A stretch of 64,000 nucleotides of DNA from Fidelibacterota bacterium (lineage in GTDB: Bacteria > Fidelibacterota > UBA2242 > B5-G15), in NCBI GenBank assembly GCA_017656425.1, contig JACDNV010000006.1, forward strand, positions 42,542 through 106,541. The letters are read 5' to 3'. Below, in pieces: positions 34,832 through 46,500 of this stretch. Position 1 is the stretch's first letter; every line of letters starts with the position of its first letter. The position numbers and the translations under genes were made by a program. The notes below the pieces were generated by a model. The model was not told the origin of the DNA. It did not search any database and saw only the letters and a list, made by a program, of their open reading frames with translations.

Positions 34832-37402
34832 TTAATGAACTAAAAGATCATTTACTGCATTAGCTAGAAAGATATATACAGAGCAGGTACTAATCACATA
34901 CTCATTTTCTCCCCATAAAAATGGCCAGTCCTCTTTATTTTCAGGAAAATCAGGTTTTAGCATTAAAACTCCAGGGACAACCCCTCCGGCAATAAAGGAA
35001 AAATCCGCTCTATTACCACCATAAGCTACTTTCTTCGATTTTACTCCAACAGCTGAAACAAATGAAAGATTTGAATATGGATGCATTCCAAGAACATAAT
35101 TCAAAGATCGGATAGTATAATTTGGGGATAATAAATCCGGAAAAGCTTTATAAACATGATAGCAGGTAGTTCCCCACTCCATTAGTTCATGATTTCCTGC
35201 CCAGGGTCTAAAACCAATTAGTACACCAAAAGGATTTTCTTCTTTAAAATCTTCGCAATACCTACTAAACTTCTCAATATATGATATAAGCTTTTCTTTA
35301 TATTCACCACTAAAAAAAGGTATAGCTCTAACTGCTATCCCTATATTTGAATTCAATGCTGAGTCAAGAGCTACCCATACCAATTTTTCAAATCTATCAA
35401 GATATTGCTTATCCTCTGTGGTCTTATATAACTCAAAAGCAGCCCTTAGTTCATTATTTATCATATATATCCTGTATCTCCTATACCATGGATGTGGAGA
35501 TTCTGAAATGACATCCCATCCCGTTTCTTCATGCTGACTTATCCATGCACTTTTTGCAATACTTATACATTGTGCTGCTAATTCATCATTGAAATCCTTT
35601 AATGCTCTATAAGCAGCAGCTAAAGCAGCTATTGTATGGTAATTTAATGCTGGGTCTTTATTTGTAAAAACCCATCTATCATCCATATTCCCGCTTCTAT
35701 TACATTTAACTTCACCAGGCGCAAGAGTTGAGTCATACATTAACCCATCAGTAATAGAATGAGCATCTCCCAGATGTGTATACTGATGCAAATTACCTAC
35801 AACTATCCCCCTTACAGCATGTCCAATATTTTTCATCTGAGCAACAAGCTGCAACGTTCCATGTTCTATTTGCTGAAGTATGTCAGGCTTACCATCAGGT
35901 CTGTGAATATCCACATATCTATTTTTTTGGTCAATATATGTTTGATCATAGTCAACTTTAAAAATTTCCCATGTATCTACAAAATTCAAAATTGCCGTAC
36001 AATGGTGACCAGTCTGTATATCAAAATCACCAGCATCAAACCATCCACCTACATTCAATCCAGGTATACGTTCAAAAGGTTTATACTTGGTGTCTGTAGT
36101 ATCCCGCATAAAGTAGCCGTCGAAATGTACATGGTTTATTGGTGCCTGTAATGCATCATCCATATAGGGCAATCCATGCCATACCCGATACGCTTCGTTT
36201 ACAAACATATGATCCATTTGTACGGGGAAAAAGATCCCGAGCGTTGGCTCCCAGATTTTTTTATAAACGTCTCTTGAAATTGGAAAAGGATTTGTAGTGT
36301 ATTTACCATACCTAATTATAAATAGCCCTGTATCCTGTACCTCAGAAAAATCAAATATACCGTATCTATATCGTAAAAATAATCCCCACTCTTTCACATC
36401 TTTTTTAAATACCTTCTTATGAGTTCCATCAGGATTAATTTTGTAAAGTACAGCACTCTTTAATACTTTATCATCTTTATCATGCTCAATCACTGCAATT
36501 TTTTCCTGTAGTGGATGATAACCAACCTGAGAAAAGGTTATGTTTGGTTCTCTCTTCCACTTTTTCACTGTATTTGCCCAGAGTGTCCATTTTACTACTT
36601 CCCCGGTTTTTTCCGCTGGAAGTACTGTCCTTACAACAAACCATCCATTTTGAGCCAGATTTCTGCCGTCATATAACATCAATTTACCTTTTTCAGATTT
36701 TATTCTAATGTGACGATATGGATCTTCAGGAGCGATAACCAATTCATTTCCAACAGCTATTGGTAAAGGTTCAATAAATTCCCCTCTTCCTCTATCATCA
36801 AAAGTAGAATGCCCAGCAAACTGACGGATTTTTTCCCTGATAGGTTTTACAACTGTAGGACCTGTTGGATACAGTGGAAATATCCCGGGTTCATTATCCA
36901 TTAAAAATGTCTTTTCAAAATACGCAGATGGTAAAAATTCAAGGTTTAAGCCGGCATGACCCACCAATCTTTCTGGTAACGGTTCATCAAGATACACCAT
37001 AATTTTTACCGACTCACCTTCCGACTTGACAACTATTCTTGGGTGAAAATCAAACTGCTCATAACATAACACAACTTCAATACTATTTTCATCACGATTA
37101 ACTATCCTCTTCTCCACCCTTGGTATTAAATCCCACTGTTCCGGTGTAGGCTGAAGCCTTACCCCTCCTCCTTGAGCAACTCTAACACCATGGTGAATAA
37201 TTTCTATTCCTGCTGTCTTTTCATCAAAAAAATAGCCTGTATATCGATTGCTAAAGACAAGGATGTTTAATCCCGGTTTTTCAAAATATCCGAGATTATT
37301 AATAATTAAATCCTGGCTAAAAACATTTAAAGCAATGATAAAAATAATAACAACAAGAGTCAGAAATTCTACCTTTTTACCAATCCCTTTCCTTTCTAAC
37401 AT
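34832..37402 (-). CDS. GH9-like glycoside hydrolase with N-terminal Ig-like domain
   Basis: GGWFDAGDFDIQTGHH resembles the GH9 GGWYDAGDHVK catalytic motif. 856 aa, (alpha/alpha)6-like, with a TM/signal anchor. Confidence 0.5.
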   Translation of the reverse strand: MLERKGIGKKVEFLTLVVIIFIIALNVFSQDLIINNLGYFEKPGLNILVFSNRYTGYFFDEKTAGIEIIHHGVRVAQGGGVRLQPTPEQWDLIPRVEKRIVNRDENSIEVVLCYEQFDFHPRIVVKSEGESVKIMVYLDEPLPERLVGHAGLNLEFLPSAYFEKTFLMDNEPGIFPLYPTGPTVVKPIREKIRQFAGHSTFDDRGRGEFIEPLPIAVGNELVIAPEDPYRHIRIKSEKGKLMLYDGRNLAQNGWFVVRTVLPAEKTGEVVKWTLWANTVKKWKREPNITFSQVGYHPLQEKIAVIEHDKDDKVLKSAVLYKINPDGTHKKVFKKDVKEWGLFLRYRYGIFDFSEVQDTGLFIIRYGKYTTNPFPISRDVYKKIWEPTLGIFFPVQMDHMFVNEAYRVWHGLPYMDDALQAPINHVHFDGYFMRDTTDTKYKPFERIPGLNVGGWFDAGDFDIQTGHHCTAILNFVDTWEIFKVDYDQTYIDQKNRYVDIHRPDGKPDILQQIEHGTLQLVAQMKNIGHAVRGIVVGNLHQYTHLGDAHSITDGLMYDSTLAPGEVKCNRSGNMDDRWVFTNKDPALNYHTIAALAAAYRALKDFNDELAAQCISIAKSAWISQHEETGWDVISESPHPWYRRYRIYMINNELRAAFELYKTTEDKQYLDRFEKLVWVALDSALNSNIGIAVRAIPFFSGEYKEKLISYIEKFSRYCEDFKEENPFGVLIGFRPWAGNHELMEWGTTCYHVYKAFPDLLSPNYTIRSLNYVLGMHPYSNLSFVSAVGVKSKKVAYGGNRADFSFIAGGVVPGVLMLKPDFPENKEDWPFLWGENEYVISTCSVYIFLANAVNDLLVH

Positions 37403-37412
37403 ACTCCCTCCG

Positions 37413-39758
37413 TTATAATTTTTTTACTAAAGCTAATAAAAACACTATCATATAAAAACACAATCCGGCTATAAAAGCATGCGTATAGCCATAAACCATT
37501 GAAACTGACATTCCAAGTACTGAACCAAAAACTGACATACCTCCGTTTATTCCATACATCCATGGAATTAATCCCACTTGATTCCTTTTATTTAAAATTC
37601 TTATAGCTGTAGGGAATGGTGTACCAAGCAAAAAGCCAAGTGGAAACACCAATGTAAAGATCATTAATATTCTCAAAATTAGTGGCAATTTTATCATCGA
37701 ATAAATCATTGGTATTATAAATGTAGATAACAATACTCCATATAAAACAATTATTAGACTGGCAATTGATATCCTTTTACCATAACCCATCTTAAATAAT
37801 TTCTCATTACAGTAACTTCCTATTCCCATACTTATTAGAAGAGCGGCCAATAATATCACAAGAGAAATCGTTGGTGAACCCAGAAATAATATTAACTTCT
37901 GGAATAGCGATAACTCCAAAAGCATGAAACCAGCACCAAGCGAAATAAAAATAACTAAAACATCCCAGTAAACACTTTTGTGAGCAGACGAACTATTTTT
38001 CAAGGAACCCAATTTCAAAAAAACAATTGGGATTACGACTAACAATAAATTGAAAATAGATACACTAATTAGCAATAATTTTAAATCTTCTGGTATGCTC
38101 TTCTCTATATTATAGAAATATGGTTTATCATCATTACACGGTAAAATATTATATTTATAATTTTCAATAAAACTCTTTAGATAAATCCGTCCCTCTTTTA
38201 ATCCTTCCAATAATTTAAAATAAATAGATTTGACATCACCACCATAATACGGTAGATAAATAAAGTTTGCAAAATAATTAGGGTAGATTCGCCTATTCTC
38301 AACCCACATATCCGCTTCGGTCTTGCTAAATGGCTTCTTTTTTACCACAACAGTTGGAGCGTCAAATCCCTTTATTATAGAAATATAATAGGGAATATAT
38401 CTAGTACTAACGCCAAACTCTTTAAAAACCTCTGCCAAAGAGGTAATAATACGTAAAACCTCATGTTCATTATGTAAGGTAAATATCAACATACCTTCTT
38501 CAGATGCTATTTTAAAATAATCCTTAATTGCTTCTTTTGTTAATAAAAAATTCTCATTAGCTGCATATACCTCAATATTCTGAGCCTGTTCTGTAGAGGG
38601 AAGCGCTAATACTATTATATCATATTTCTTACCAACTCTTTTAACATAATGTCTACCTTCGGTTATATATATATTAACATTTGGAAAATACGAATATATC
38701 CCGCCATTATAATCGGAATAATCCTTAACTATCTCAACGAAATCTGGATTTATTTCAACGCAATCTATTTTCTTCACACGATTAAGTAAACCGATTAAAA
38801 CTTCTTTTCCACCTCCTGGACCTATTACCAACATATTGTCTCTTTGATTTTCCTGCGATAACAATATGGGCATTGCTGTAGAATGCGAAAATAACAGATT
38901 TATTAACTCAGGATTTGGATTGGTTATATTACCATCAAAATTATACATTCTCGTACCCGCCGCACCATCAACAAAAAGGTGCATCAACAAATTCTGATGA
39001 CTATATCTAACTAAATCCGATCGTCCGTATATGCTCCATCGAGATTCAATAATTTCTCTATATACATGTTCACCAGGATAGGCATAATAGAAATCTTTTT
39101 CAGGAAATTTCCCTATTTGTACTTCACCAATCAAAACCCTTTGACCGTTTATAAACAAAAAAGTTGCTAATATCCCTATCACAAAATATGTTACTAATAC
39201 CTCTTTCCAGTTATTTAAAATAAAAAACTCCATAGGGATAAAAATTATTAATATCGAAAAGAGCAGACCATTCGGTCCCCCCATCTCATTCAAGAAGAGG
39301 ACCGATAGAAAAGCCCCAGACGATGCCCCGATAAGATCAAAAGCATAGATTAGAAAACTATTTTTACTAAAACTCTTAAAAACTATTGAATTGATTATAC
39401 CACCTGCAAAAAATGGAAAAGACAATATCAAAAAATATAGATAAATATTACTTGTAAGTTTAAAACGTATAAATATTAGGATAAAAATTAGAAGAGAAAA
39501 AATCTGAAAAATAAAACTACTAATAATCCATTTTTTAATCGAAACAGCTGTGTTTGCTTTAAATCTGTAAAAAACAAAAATGCTTCCACATGTCAATCCC
39601 AGCACTGCAAGAGAAATTATTATGAATACATAATTATAAACAAAAATAACAGAAGTTATTCTTGTAGCTATTATTTCGAAACTTAAGATAAAAAGAGAGT
39701 TAAAAAAAACCGCTATTAAATAATTTAGATTTAGCTTCTCACTGCTTTTTTTGCTCAT
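37413..39758 (-). CDS. polytopic membrane protein with fused spermidine/spermine synthase-like domain
   Basis: Roughly 8 N-terminal TM helices; a central LVIGPGGGKEVL...IDCVEINPDFVEI...YDIIVLALP aminopropyltransferase fold; then further C-terminal TM helices. Confidence 0.5.
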   Translation of the reverse strand: MSKKSSEKLNLNYLIAVFFNSLFILSFEIIATRITSVIFVYNYVFIIISLAVLGLTCGSIFVFYRFKANTAVSIKKWIISSFIFQIFSLLIFILIFIRFKLTSNIYLYFLILSFPFFAGGIINSIVFKSFSKNSFLIYAFDLIGASSGAFLSVLFLNEMGGPNGLLFSILIIFIPMEFFILNNWKEVLVTYFVIGILATFLFINGQRVLIGEVQIGKFPEKDFYYAYPGEHVYREIIESRWSIYGRSDLVRYSHQNLLMHLFVDGAAGTRMYNFDGNITNPNPELINLLFSHSTAMPILLSQENQRDNMLVIGPGGGKEVLIGLLNRVKKIDCVEINPDFVEIVKDYSDYNGGIYSYFPNVNIYITEGRHYVKRVGKKYDIIVLALPSTEQAQNIEVYAANENFLLTKEAIKDYFKIASEEGMLIFTLHNEHEVLRIITSLAEVFKEFGVSTRYIPYYISIIKGFDAPTVVVKKKPFSKTEADMWVENRRIYPNYFANFIYLPYYGGDVKSIYFKLLEGLKEGRIYLKSFIENYKYNILPCNDDKPYFYNIEKSIPEDLKLLLISVSIFNLLLVVIPIVFLKLGSLKNSSSAHKSVYWDVLVIFISLGAGFMLLELSLFQKLILFLGSPTISLVILLAALLISMGIGSYCNEKLFKMGYGKRISIASLIIVLYGVLLSTFIIPMIYSMIKLPLILRILMIFTLVFPLGFLLGTPFPTAIRILNKRNQVGLIPWMYGINGGMSVFGSVLGMSVSMVYGYTHAFIAGLCFYMIVFLLALVKKL

Positions 39759-39824
39759 AAAAAATTCTAAGTATCTCCCCTATCATTTCGTTAAACACTT
39801 TATTATTAGTAGATACAGAATATT

Positions 39825-41615
39825 TTAAGCTATTTTTAGCATTTTCAGTATCTTCTGAAATTTATTGTAAAATACTTCAACATTATACTTTGTCATCAGC
39901 CTTTCGTGGTTTTCTTTTTTCAGTTTATTAAATAAATATTCCCTATAATCCTTTTTTACTTTTTCTTTTATCTCATCGAATATAAACTGCTTCTCATCTA
40001 CCTTTAAAACGCACTTTATAAGTGCATACATTTTCCCCTTTTCAGGATCGTTATATTCTATCGGTCCTTTTATCTCTCCTAATTTCATCGAAAATGCAAT
40101 CTTTCCTACATTAATATCATCACCTTTCTTTTCAGGATAAACAACACCATCTTTTCCACGGAAAAATCTTTTTACATAAACTCTTCGGTCAATCCTTTCA
40201 AACCGCTCACCCTCTTTTATCTTCCTTTTGCATTCCGAAATCTTCAAAGTATCATTTGCCAGCACAACATATATATTTACCCTGGCTGGTCGATAATATA
40301 GAGAATCCCTATTTTTTTCAAAAAATTCCCTAAGCTCCCGTTCTCTCGGCTCGGGAATCTGCTTTTCTATTACCTCTTTATCATATAACTTCGCAATTTC
40401 ATCTATTATCACCCAATTTTTCGTATCAGGTCTAATAATTCTAGCATCAATTCCTGCATTTTTTGCTCTCTTTAATAAAATATCCGTCTCTACTGCCCTG
40501 ATTATATAATTCTTAATTTCATTAACTTCAATCTTATCGCCACCTCTAAACTCGATAATATCACTGATGAAATAAAGATATCTCTTTAAATTAACTTTGT
40601 GCCTGGGGGATTTCATAATAACGAAATTATTTCCGGAATTTATTAATTTTTTAAAAGTATCCTTATACGCATTTTGATAAAAATTAGGTATATTAGACCA
40701 TTCTACTAACTTTTCCAAGGCTAACTTATTCCAAACTATAGAATTCTTATCAACAATTTTGCTTTTATCGTTTTCAAACTCCTTTTGAGCAATTGGTGTA
40801 TATTTTATACTAAGCATATTCAAAATTTTTTTTCTAACTTTCTCGTATGGCTCTTTCTTGCTATTCTTTATTTTATAAACTTTTACGATGCAAAAAGCAT
40901 CTTTTGTTTCCAGAACGTTAATTGAATTTAGAGGAGAGCTAAATATTACGCCCTTCAATTCATCAAACTGTGAATCACTCCAATTTATTGAAAGCAAATT
41001 ATTTGAACTTGTAATCTTCCCCTTATTCTTGGTAATTCTTTCAATAATATCATCAAAATCTATCCAGTATTCTGCATCTTGTTTGATTTTGTATGCTAAT
41101 TGTCTTAGTGAATCAATATCTTCATCTGTCATACCTTCTTCTTTTTCCAACACTATTTGCTTATAATATACAACTTTCCCAAAGTCCTTATAATATTCTT
41201 TTGCAATTGAATCATTAACATATTTTTCATAATAGAATCTTCGATAATATTCATTAATAAACTCGTCATTCAATATATATTTTATCCCACTATGATATCG
41301 TATCCTGTAATAAAGATCTTTTTCGATAAAATCTATAAGCCTTAATCTCTTTGATATTATTTGATCCAGTGCAGCATAATAGCCCTTTGAAATTGGTTTA
41401 TAAAGACGGTGAAAGTGGTAATTGTAAAAGTAATCCTGTATTTCTTTAAAATTTACATTATTCATATTATCAATTTTCACTATTATAGTATTTAAATAAT
41501 CCTGCTTTTCATCTCTCGATCCTACAATAATGATAACCAAGACTATAAATAATATCATCCCCAATATTAGTTGCAATCTTTTCATATTTGACTCCGTTCC
41601 CCTGATAGCTAACAA
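39825..41615 (-). CDS. membrane-anchored SurA/PpiD-like periplasmic chaperone (weak parvulin-like region)
   Basis: N-terminal TM anchor. Long charged helical protein with a C-terminal segment DDINVGKIAFSMKLGEIKGPIE...GKMYALIKCV. Assignment is weak. Confidence 0.35.
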   Translation of the reverse strand: MLAIRGTESNMKRLQLILGMILFIVLVIIIVGSRDEKQDYLNTIIVKIDNMNNVNFKEIQDYFYNYHFHRLYKPISKGYYAALDQIISKRLRLIDFIEKDLYYRIRYHSGIKYILNDEFINEYYRRFYYEKYVNDSIAKEYYKDFGKVVYYKQIVLEKEEGMTDEDIDSLRQLAYKIKQDAEYWIDFDDIIERITKNKGKITSSNNLLSINWSDSQFDELKGVIFSSPLNSINVLETKDAFCIVKVYKIKNSKKEPYEKVRKKILNMLSIKYTPIAQKEFENDKSKIVDKNSIVWNKLALEKLVEWSNIPNFYQNAYKDTFKKLINSGNNFVIMKSPRHKVNLKRYLYFISDIIEFRGGDKIEVNEIKNYIIRAVETDILLKRAKNAGIDARIIRPDTKNWVIIDEIAKLYDKEVIEKQIPEPRERELREFFEKNRDSLYYRPARVNIYVVLANDTLKISECKRKIKEGERFERIDRRVYVKRFFRGKDGVVYPEKKGDDINVGKIAFSMKLGEIKGPIEYNDPEKGKMYALIKCVLKVDEKQFIFDEIKEKVKKDYREYLFNKLKKENHERLMTKYNVEVFYNKFQKILKMLKIA

Positions 41616-41740
41616 GAAACTTAGCTAAATTAATTATCCATTTATATTAAATCAAAATTAAAAGAGCAATAAATAGATTTAAAAAAAGGCGGAGGTATAA
41701 AACCCCCGCCTATTTTGGATTAAGGTAATCAAATATTCTA

Positions 41741-43474
41741 CTACTTCATTAATACCATCTTCTTTGTGATCTTCTGTCCAGCAAATTCAACGGTATAGAA
41801 ATAAACTCCACTTGCTAAGTTCGATCCGTCAAAAGTAATATTATATGTTTTCGCAATACCTTCTCCATTCATTAACGTTGTAACTTCCCTACCCAGCATA
41901 TCAAATACTTTCACAGTAACTTTACCTGAATGTGGTAATGTAAAAGTGATATTTGTTGTTGGGTTAAATGGATTTGGATAATTCTGATTTACTTTAAATC
42001 CTTTTAATACATTATTTTCTTCCCTTACTCCAACACCCTGTGGTAATCTACCTTCATCTAATGCTGCAAGTAATTCCTCGTATTGATTATCTCTAATTTG
42101 TAACCATGAACTTTTTTGATCAGGGAACCAGTTTAAATCACCTATAGGATAACCATCGGCATCTACTATATCATCATCACTATATGACAAATCTATTGGT
42201 ACAGGCCAATCTGGATAAACATAAAAATCAGAACCTACAAATACCAATCTCCAGTCTGGTAATATCACTGCCTTAGTAATGTCCATAGTATTAATAGCGA
42301 AATCTCTCAGAGTATCTACATAGGTAGTAAGTAAATTCCTTGGATCAGTGAAATTTGGTAATTTCTCATACCAGGTACCTTCTACTAGATATGGCCAGTT
42401 GTTATCATCATCAAACATTGCCTTCGTTCTTGTATTCATCTTAATTGTTTGGTCATACCATTCATCTGTATTATTTATATTGTTATCTTTCATATATTGA
42501 GCCAAGTTTAATAACCTCGAATCCCAATAAACCAAATTCCTATCAACTAAGACCTTCCTATCAACCTGGTCCATATCAGATGGCAAAGTATCTACATTTA
42601 TAATACCAAGCGGTAATTTATCCTGATCTACTTCAGGAAAATCTTCATCAATATAAGTATAAGGCTGAACGTTACTGTTTACAAAAATGTTATTCGTCAC
42701 AACCCATCTGCTTTGAAAACCGTTAGTCTCAAAAATAATACCAGCACAGTTGATAAAAGTATTGTGATTAAACATTAACAGTTTAATAGGATAATTTCTA
42801 AATTTGTACATCATACCCTGTGCTACAACATGAGTTGAGTTTTCAACCCATATTGTGTCTGTAGCATTATCTACATTATCATATACACCACCATTTCTTC
42901 TACATTCCTGACCACTTAAGTTTACAAAATAGGAATCTCTGATGTAAACTCTCGTCCCAGCCACAGCGTTAGAAGCTATTATCACCCATCTTGTTCGCTC
43001 AGCAATACAATTCTCTAAAGTAATACGACAATTTGGCTGCGTGAACCAGAAGAAAGTCCAACCAAGAGTTCCTTCCGCTGATGCCGGTACTATACATACA
43101 TTTTTAAGAGTAAGGTCTCCCCCAGGATTAATACCGCCTGAGTTACCACCTTTACCACAGATCACCGGAAACATCTTTTGTGGATCACCATTATACAATG
43201 GTTCTGTAGCTTCACCTACGATAACAGTATGCCTATCAGATTTTGTAGTTGGATTACTACCTAATTCATACAATTCACCAGCTTTTAGCAGGTATACACG
43301 ACCTTCTGGTACATTTGCGGTATCATAAGTAATTGCCTCATATAGATACTCTGGTAATACAACTGCAGTATCCCCGCGAAATTCCTCAACATAGTCTGAA
43401 ATAGGGCTTTCTTGAGCAGCTAGCATTACAACCATTGCTAACACTACTAAGGTAACTAAACTCAATTTCTTCAT
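41741..43474 (-). CDS. T9SS-secreted right-handed parallel beta-helix protein (pectate-lyase-fold), paralogue A
   Basis: Signal peptide. Repeated beta-helix rungs (...TNNIFVNSN..., ...HNTFINCAG...). CTD NYPNPFNPTTNITF...SGVYFYTV. Similar in architecture to 54502..56415. Confidence 0.6.
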   Translation of the reverse strand: MKKLSLVTLVVLAMVVMLAAQESPISDYVEEFRGDTAVVLPEYLYEAITYDTANVPEGRVYLLKAGELYELGSNPTTKSDRHTVIVGEATEPLYNGDPQKMFPVICGKGGNSGGINPGGDLTLKNVCIVPASAEGTLGWTFFWFTQPNCRITLENCIAERTRWVIIASNAVAGTRVYIRDSYFVNLSGQECRRNGGVYDNVDNATDTIWVENSTHVVAQGMMYKFRNYPIKLLMFNHNTFINCAGIIFETNGFQSRWVVTNNIFVNSNVQPYTYIDEDFPEVDQDKLPLGIINVDTLPSDMDQVDRKVLVDRNLVYWDSRLLNLAQYMKDNNINNTDEWYDQTIKMNTRTKAMFDDDNNWPYLVEGTWYEKLPNFTDPRNLLTTYVDTLRDFAINTMDITKAVILPDWRLVFVGSDFYVYPDWPVPIDLSYSDDDIVDADGYPIGDLNWFPDQKSSWLQIRDNQYEELLAALDEGRLPQGVGVREENNVLKGFKVNQNYPNPFNPTTNITFTLPHSGKVTVKVFDMLGREVTTLMNGEGIAKTYNITFDGSNLASGVYFYTVEFAGQKITKKMVLMK

Positions 43475-43512
43475 GCTACACCTCCTTTTTTTAACGAATA
43501 CATTTATTAATC

Positions 43513-46500
43513 CTAAAATTTATAGCGTAATACAAGTTCGTATAATGTAGGCGTATACAATTCACCCACCAGAGTTCGTTCTATCTTATCACTTCCAGGC
43601 CTCTTGAATTCTCTATAATTTTTAATTGATGTCCCAGTAAGATTTACAATATTAAATTGCACACTTAGACCCTTAACCGGTAATTTTTGTTTTACTGTTA
43701 GATCCCACCTTGTAATAATTCCAGTATAAACATCATCTTCAGGTCTTGAACCAATATAGGAAACCTCATCATCCGTTAAATTAAATGATAACCTACCAGA
43801 AAAACCTTTATAATCAAACCCCAGGATTAGATTTAAAATGTGATCTGCCTGATGAAGTAGCCTATCTTTATATGTTTTTTCTTTGGTTATATATTTGTAT
43901 TTCTTTACCTTAATCGGACCTACCTGTTCATAATACGCTGAATCTGTATTTTCTATCCTTAAGTATTTCATACTCGACCAGGTCCTGGTATAGTTCACAT
44001 TTATAACGAGAGAATTAAATGGCTTGGGCAAATACCACAAGTTTGACTGCCATTCGAATTCTATACCCCTAACATATCCAGGATATTTATTATTTATATA
44101 TGAATTTATAAGTAATGATTTTTCTGGCAATTTACTCCAGCCCAACTTCTGCATTAATGCAGTATCAGGAAAATTAATCTCATATTTGTCAATATTTTGA
44201 TAATATACTGACGTTGAGAAAAATACATTCTCCAATTTTTTATAGAAAGGAGCAATAGAAATCAATCCAATATTATGACTATAAATTGAAAGCGCGGCAT
44301 CGTAATTTGTCACTTCTGTGGGCTTAAGTTTAGGATTTCCAACCCTTGTGTATCCTCCTGGTTCATATAAGACAGTAGGCACAATTGCCAAATAATCTGG
44401 TCTTGATATTGCCTCTGTATATGCAAGTCGTAGATCTGCCCACTCTGTAAGCTTATATTTTAGCTGCAAATTAGGAAACCAATTTACATCAGATCTGTCT
44501 ACTTCATCTATATCTGTCGAATCATCCTGAACTAAAGCATCTCCATCGACAGGGTGGGTAACAATTAGTATATGACCATCATAATTCATCCTATACTCTT
44601 CCCATCTAATTCCTCCAAGCAATGTTAATCTAGGCCCTATTTTGAAAGTACTCATAAAGTATCCTGCGAGAAAATCTTCTGTCCCGACAAAATCATCTTG
44701 CGTTGACCACTCTTCATGTGTTCCTATACCCCATCCTTTCGGCGCAATTAAGAAAAATGGATCCATTATACCTTTGTCTACTACATATTTAATCGGATAT
44801 TTACCATCAAGAAAATAATTACCTCGTTCGTAACTACTCCTCACCACCTCCATAAATCTCAAAGGATGTGTCGGGCTTAAAGGCTCACTCTCATCTCTCA
44901 CGATAGTATAACCGTCTATATAATAATATATCTTACCATCTTTTTTCTCCCGAGGTATTGCATCGTAAAAGTCAGTATTGCCGGTTCTATTATAATAAGC
45001 TTCTATATCATTTTTACGATATGAATGATCATATTTCCCACCAAATTTTATATCAGCAGTTACTCCATATAATAGCTTAACTGGAATACTAAAATCTACC
45101 TTTGATGTATACAAATGTTGATTAAAATCCTCTTCTCTCGTAGTTGCCCAACCGTGTAACTCAGCCCTATAATAAGAAGAATCATCTATTTCAATTTCAT
45201 AAACATCATTAAGATCCATAGTATCACCCGCAGTCAAGTAATTAATTCCCGCTCCAAAAGGAGATCTATCTTCAAAATTAAAATTCTGGCCTGGATCAGC
45301 GTATCTCTCCACTGTATTTTTATTACTGGATGAATGAGACAAACTAAACTCCATTTTCAGATTACCGAATTTATATTCACCCATTAAAGAATTTATCATC
45401 AATTGTCTCTCATGAAAATCTCTAAATATTGAATACTGCCCCAAGTTTTCTGTAAAAGTAAAAATGTTCCTATAATTAGCAAAATCATTTCTGTTATGAG
45501 ATATGGAATTTTGTAAAATAATCTTACCATTCGGTAATTCATAATCCAGAATAATACTTCCTCCTTTATTGGAAATAATATTCTCTTCATCAGTATAATC
45601 AAAACCAGTCATTCTATATATTCCTTCACCAAATGGAACTGTTGGATCATTAATACTGAAAGATGAACCTATTCTATCATTTCCCACATTAGATCTATCC
45701 ATGTGCCCCTGAATAAAAACTCCTAACTTATTATTAAAAAACCTCTTACTAATACTTGCCCATGACTTATAATTATCAGTTGTTCTATCTAATCCATTAT
45801 AGAAACCTTGACCAAAGAAATCAAAATGTGAACCCTCTGGTGCCTCCATTATTTTTAAATTAACGACACCACCTATTGAATTAGCATCCATATCTGGAGT
45901 TAATACCTTAAAAACTTCTATTCCAGACAACATATTAGAAGAAATAAAACCAAGATTTACTGATCGATCACTTAAGCTTGTAGATGGTAACTGCACCCCA
46001 TTCATCAGAACCACATTCTGTTTTGCCTGAATACCTCTGATTACTACCTTATCCCCATCCTGTAAAGATATACCTGGCAATCTACTAAGGGCAGCTGCAG
46101 CACTTTCGTCAGGCAATTCTTGAATTTTCTCGGAAGAAACTACATTCTTAACGCTTAATGCATTCAATTGCTCATTTATCGCATTTAATTGACCTTTTGC
46201 CTGTGCAGTAACTACTACTTCCTGTAGCTTTAAGCCTTTATAATCCAAAAACGCAGTAACATTGGTTTCTTCTCCAGAGTTAACTACAACAGGAATATCT
46301 TTATCTTCATAGCCAATGAATCTTATTTGTAAAATATAATTTCCGGGAGGTACCCCATCTATCTCAAATCTACCTTCTTCATTAGAGGCAGCACCCATAT
46401 ATGTCCCTTTTACCACTACATTTGCAAATGGTAGCGGTTTTTTAGTCTTACTGTCATAGACAAAACCTACTATTTTCCCGTTTTCCTGTGGAAAAACTAT

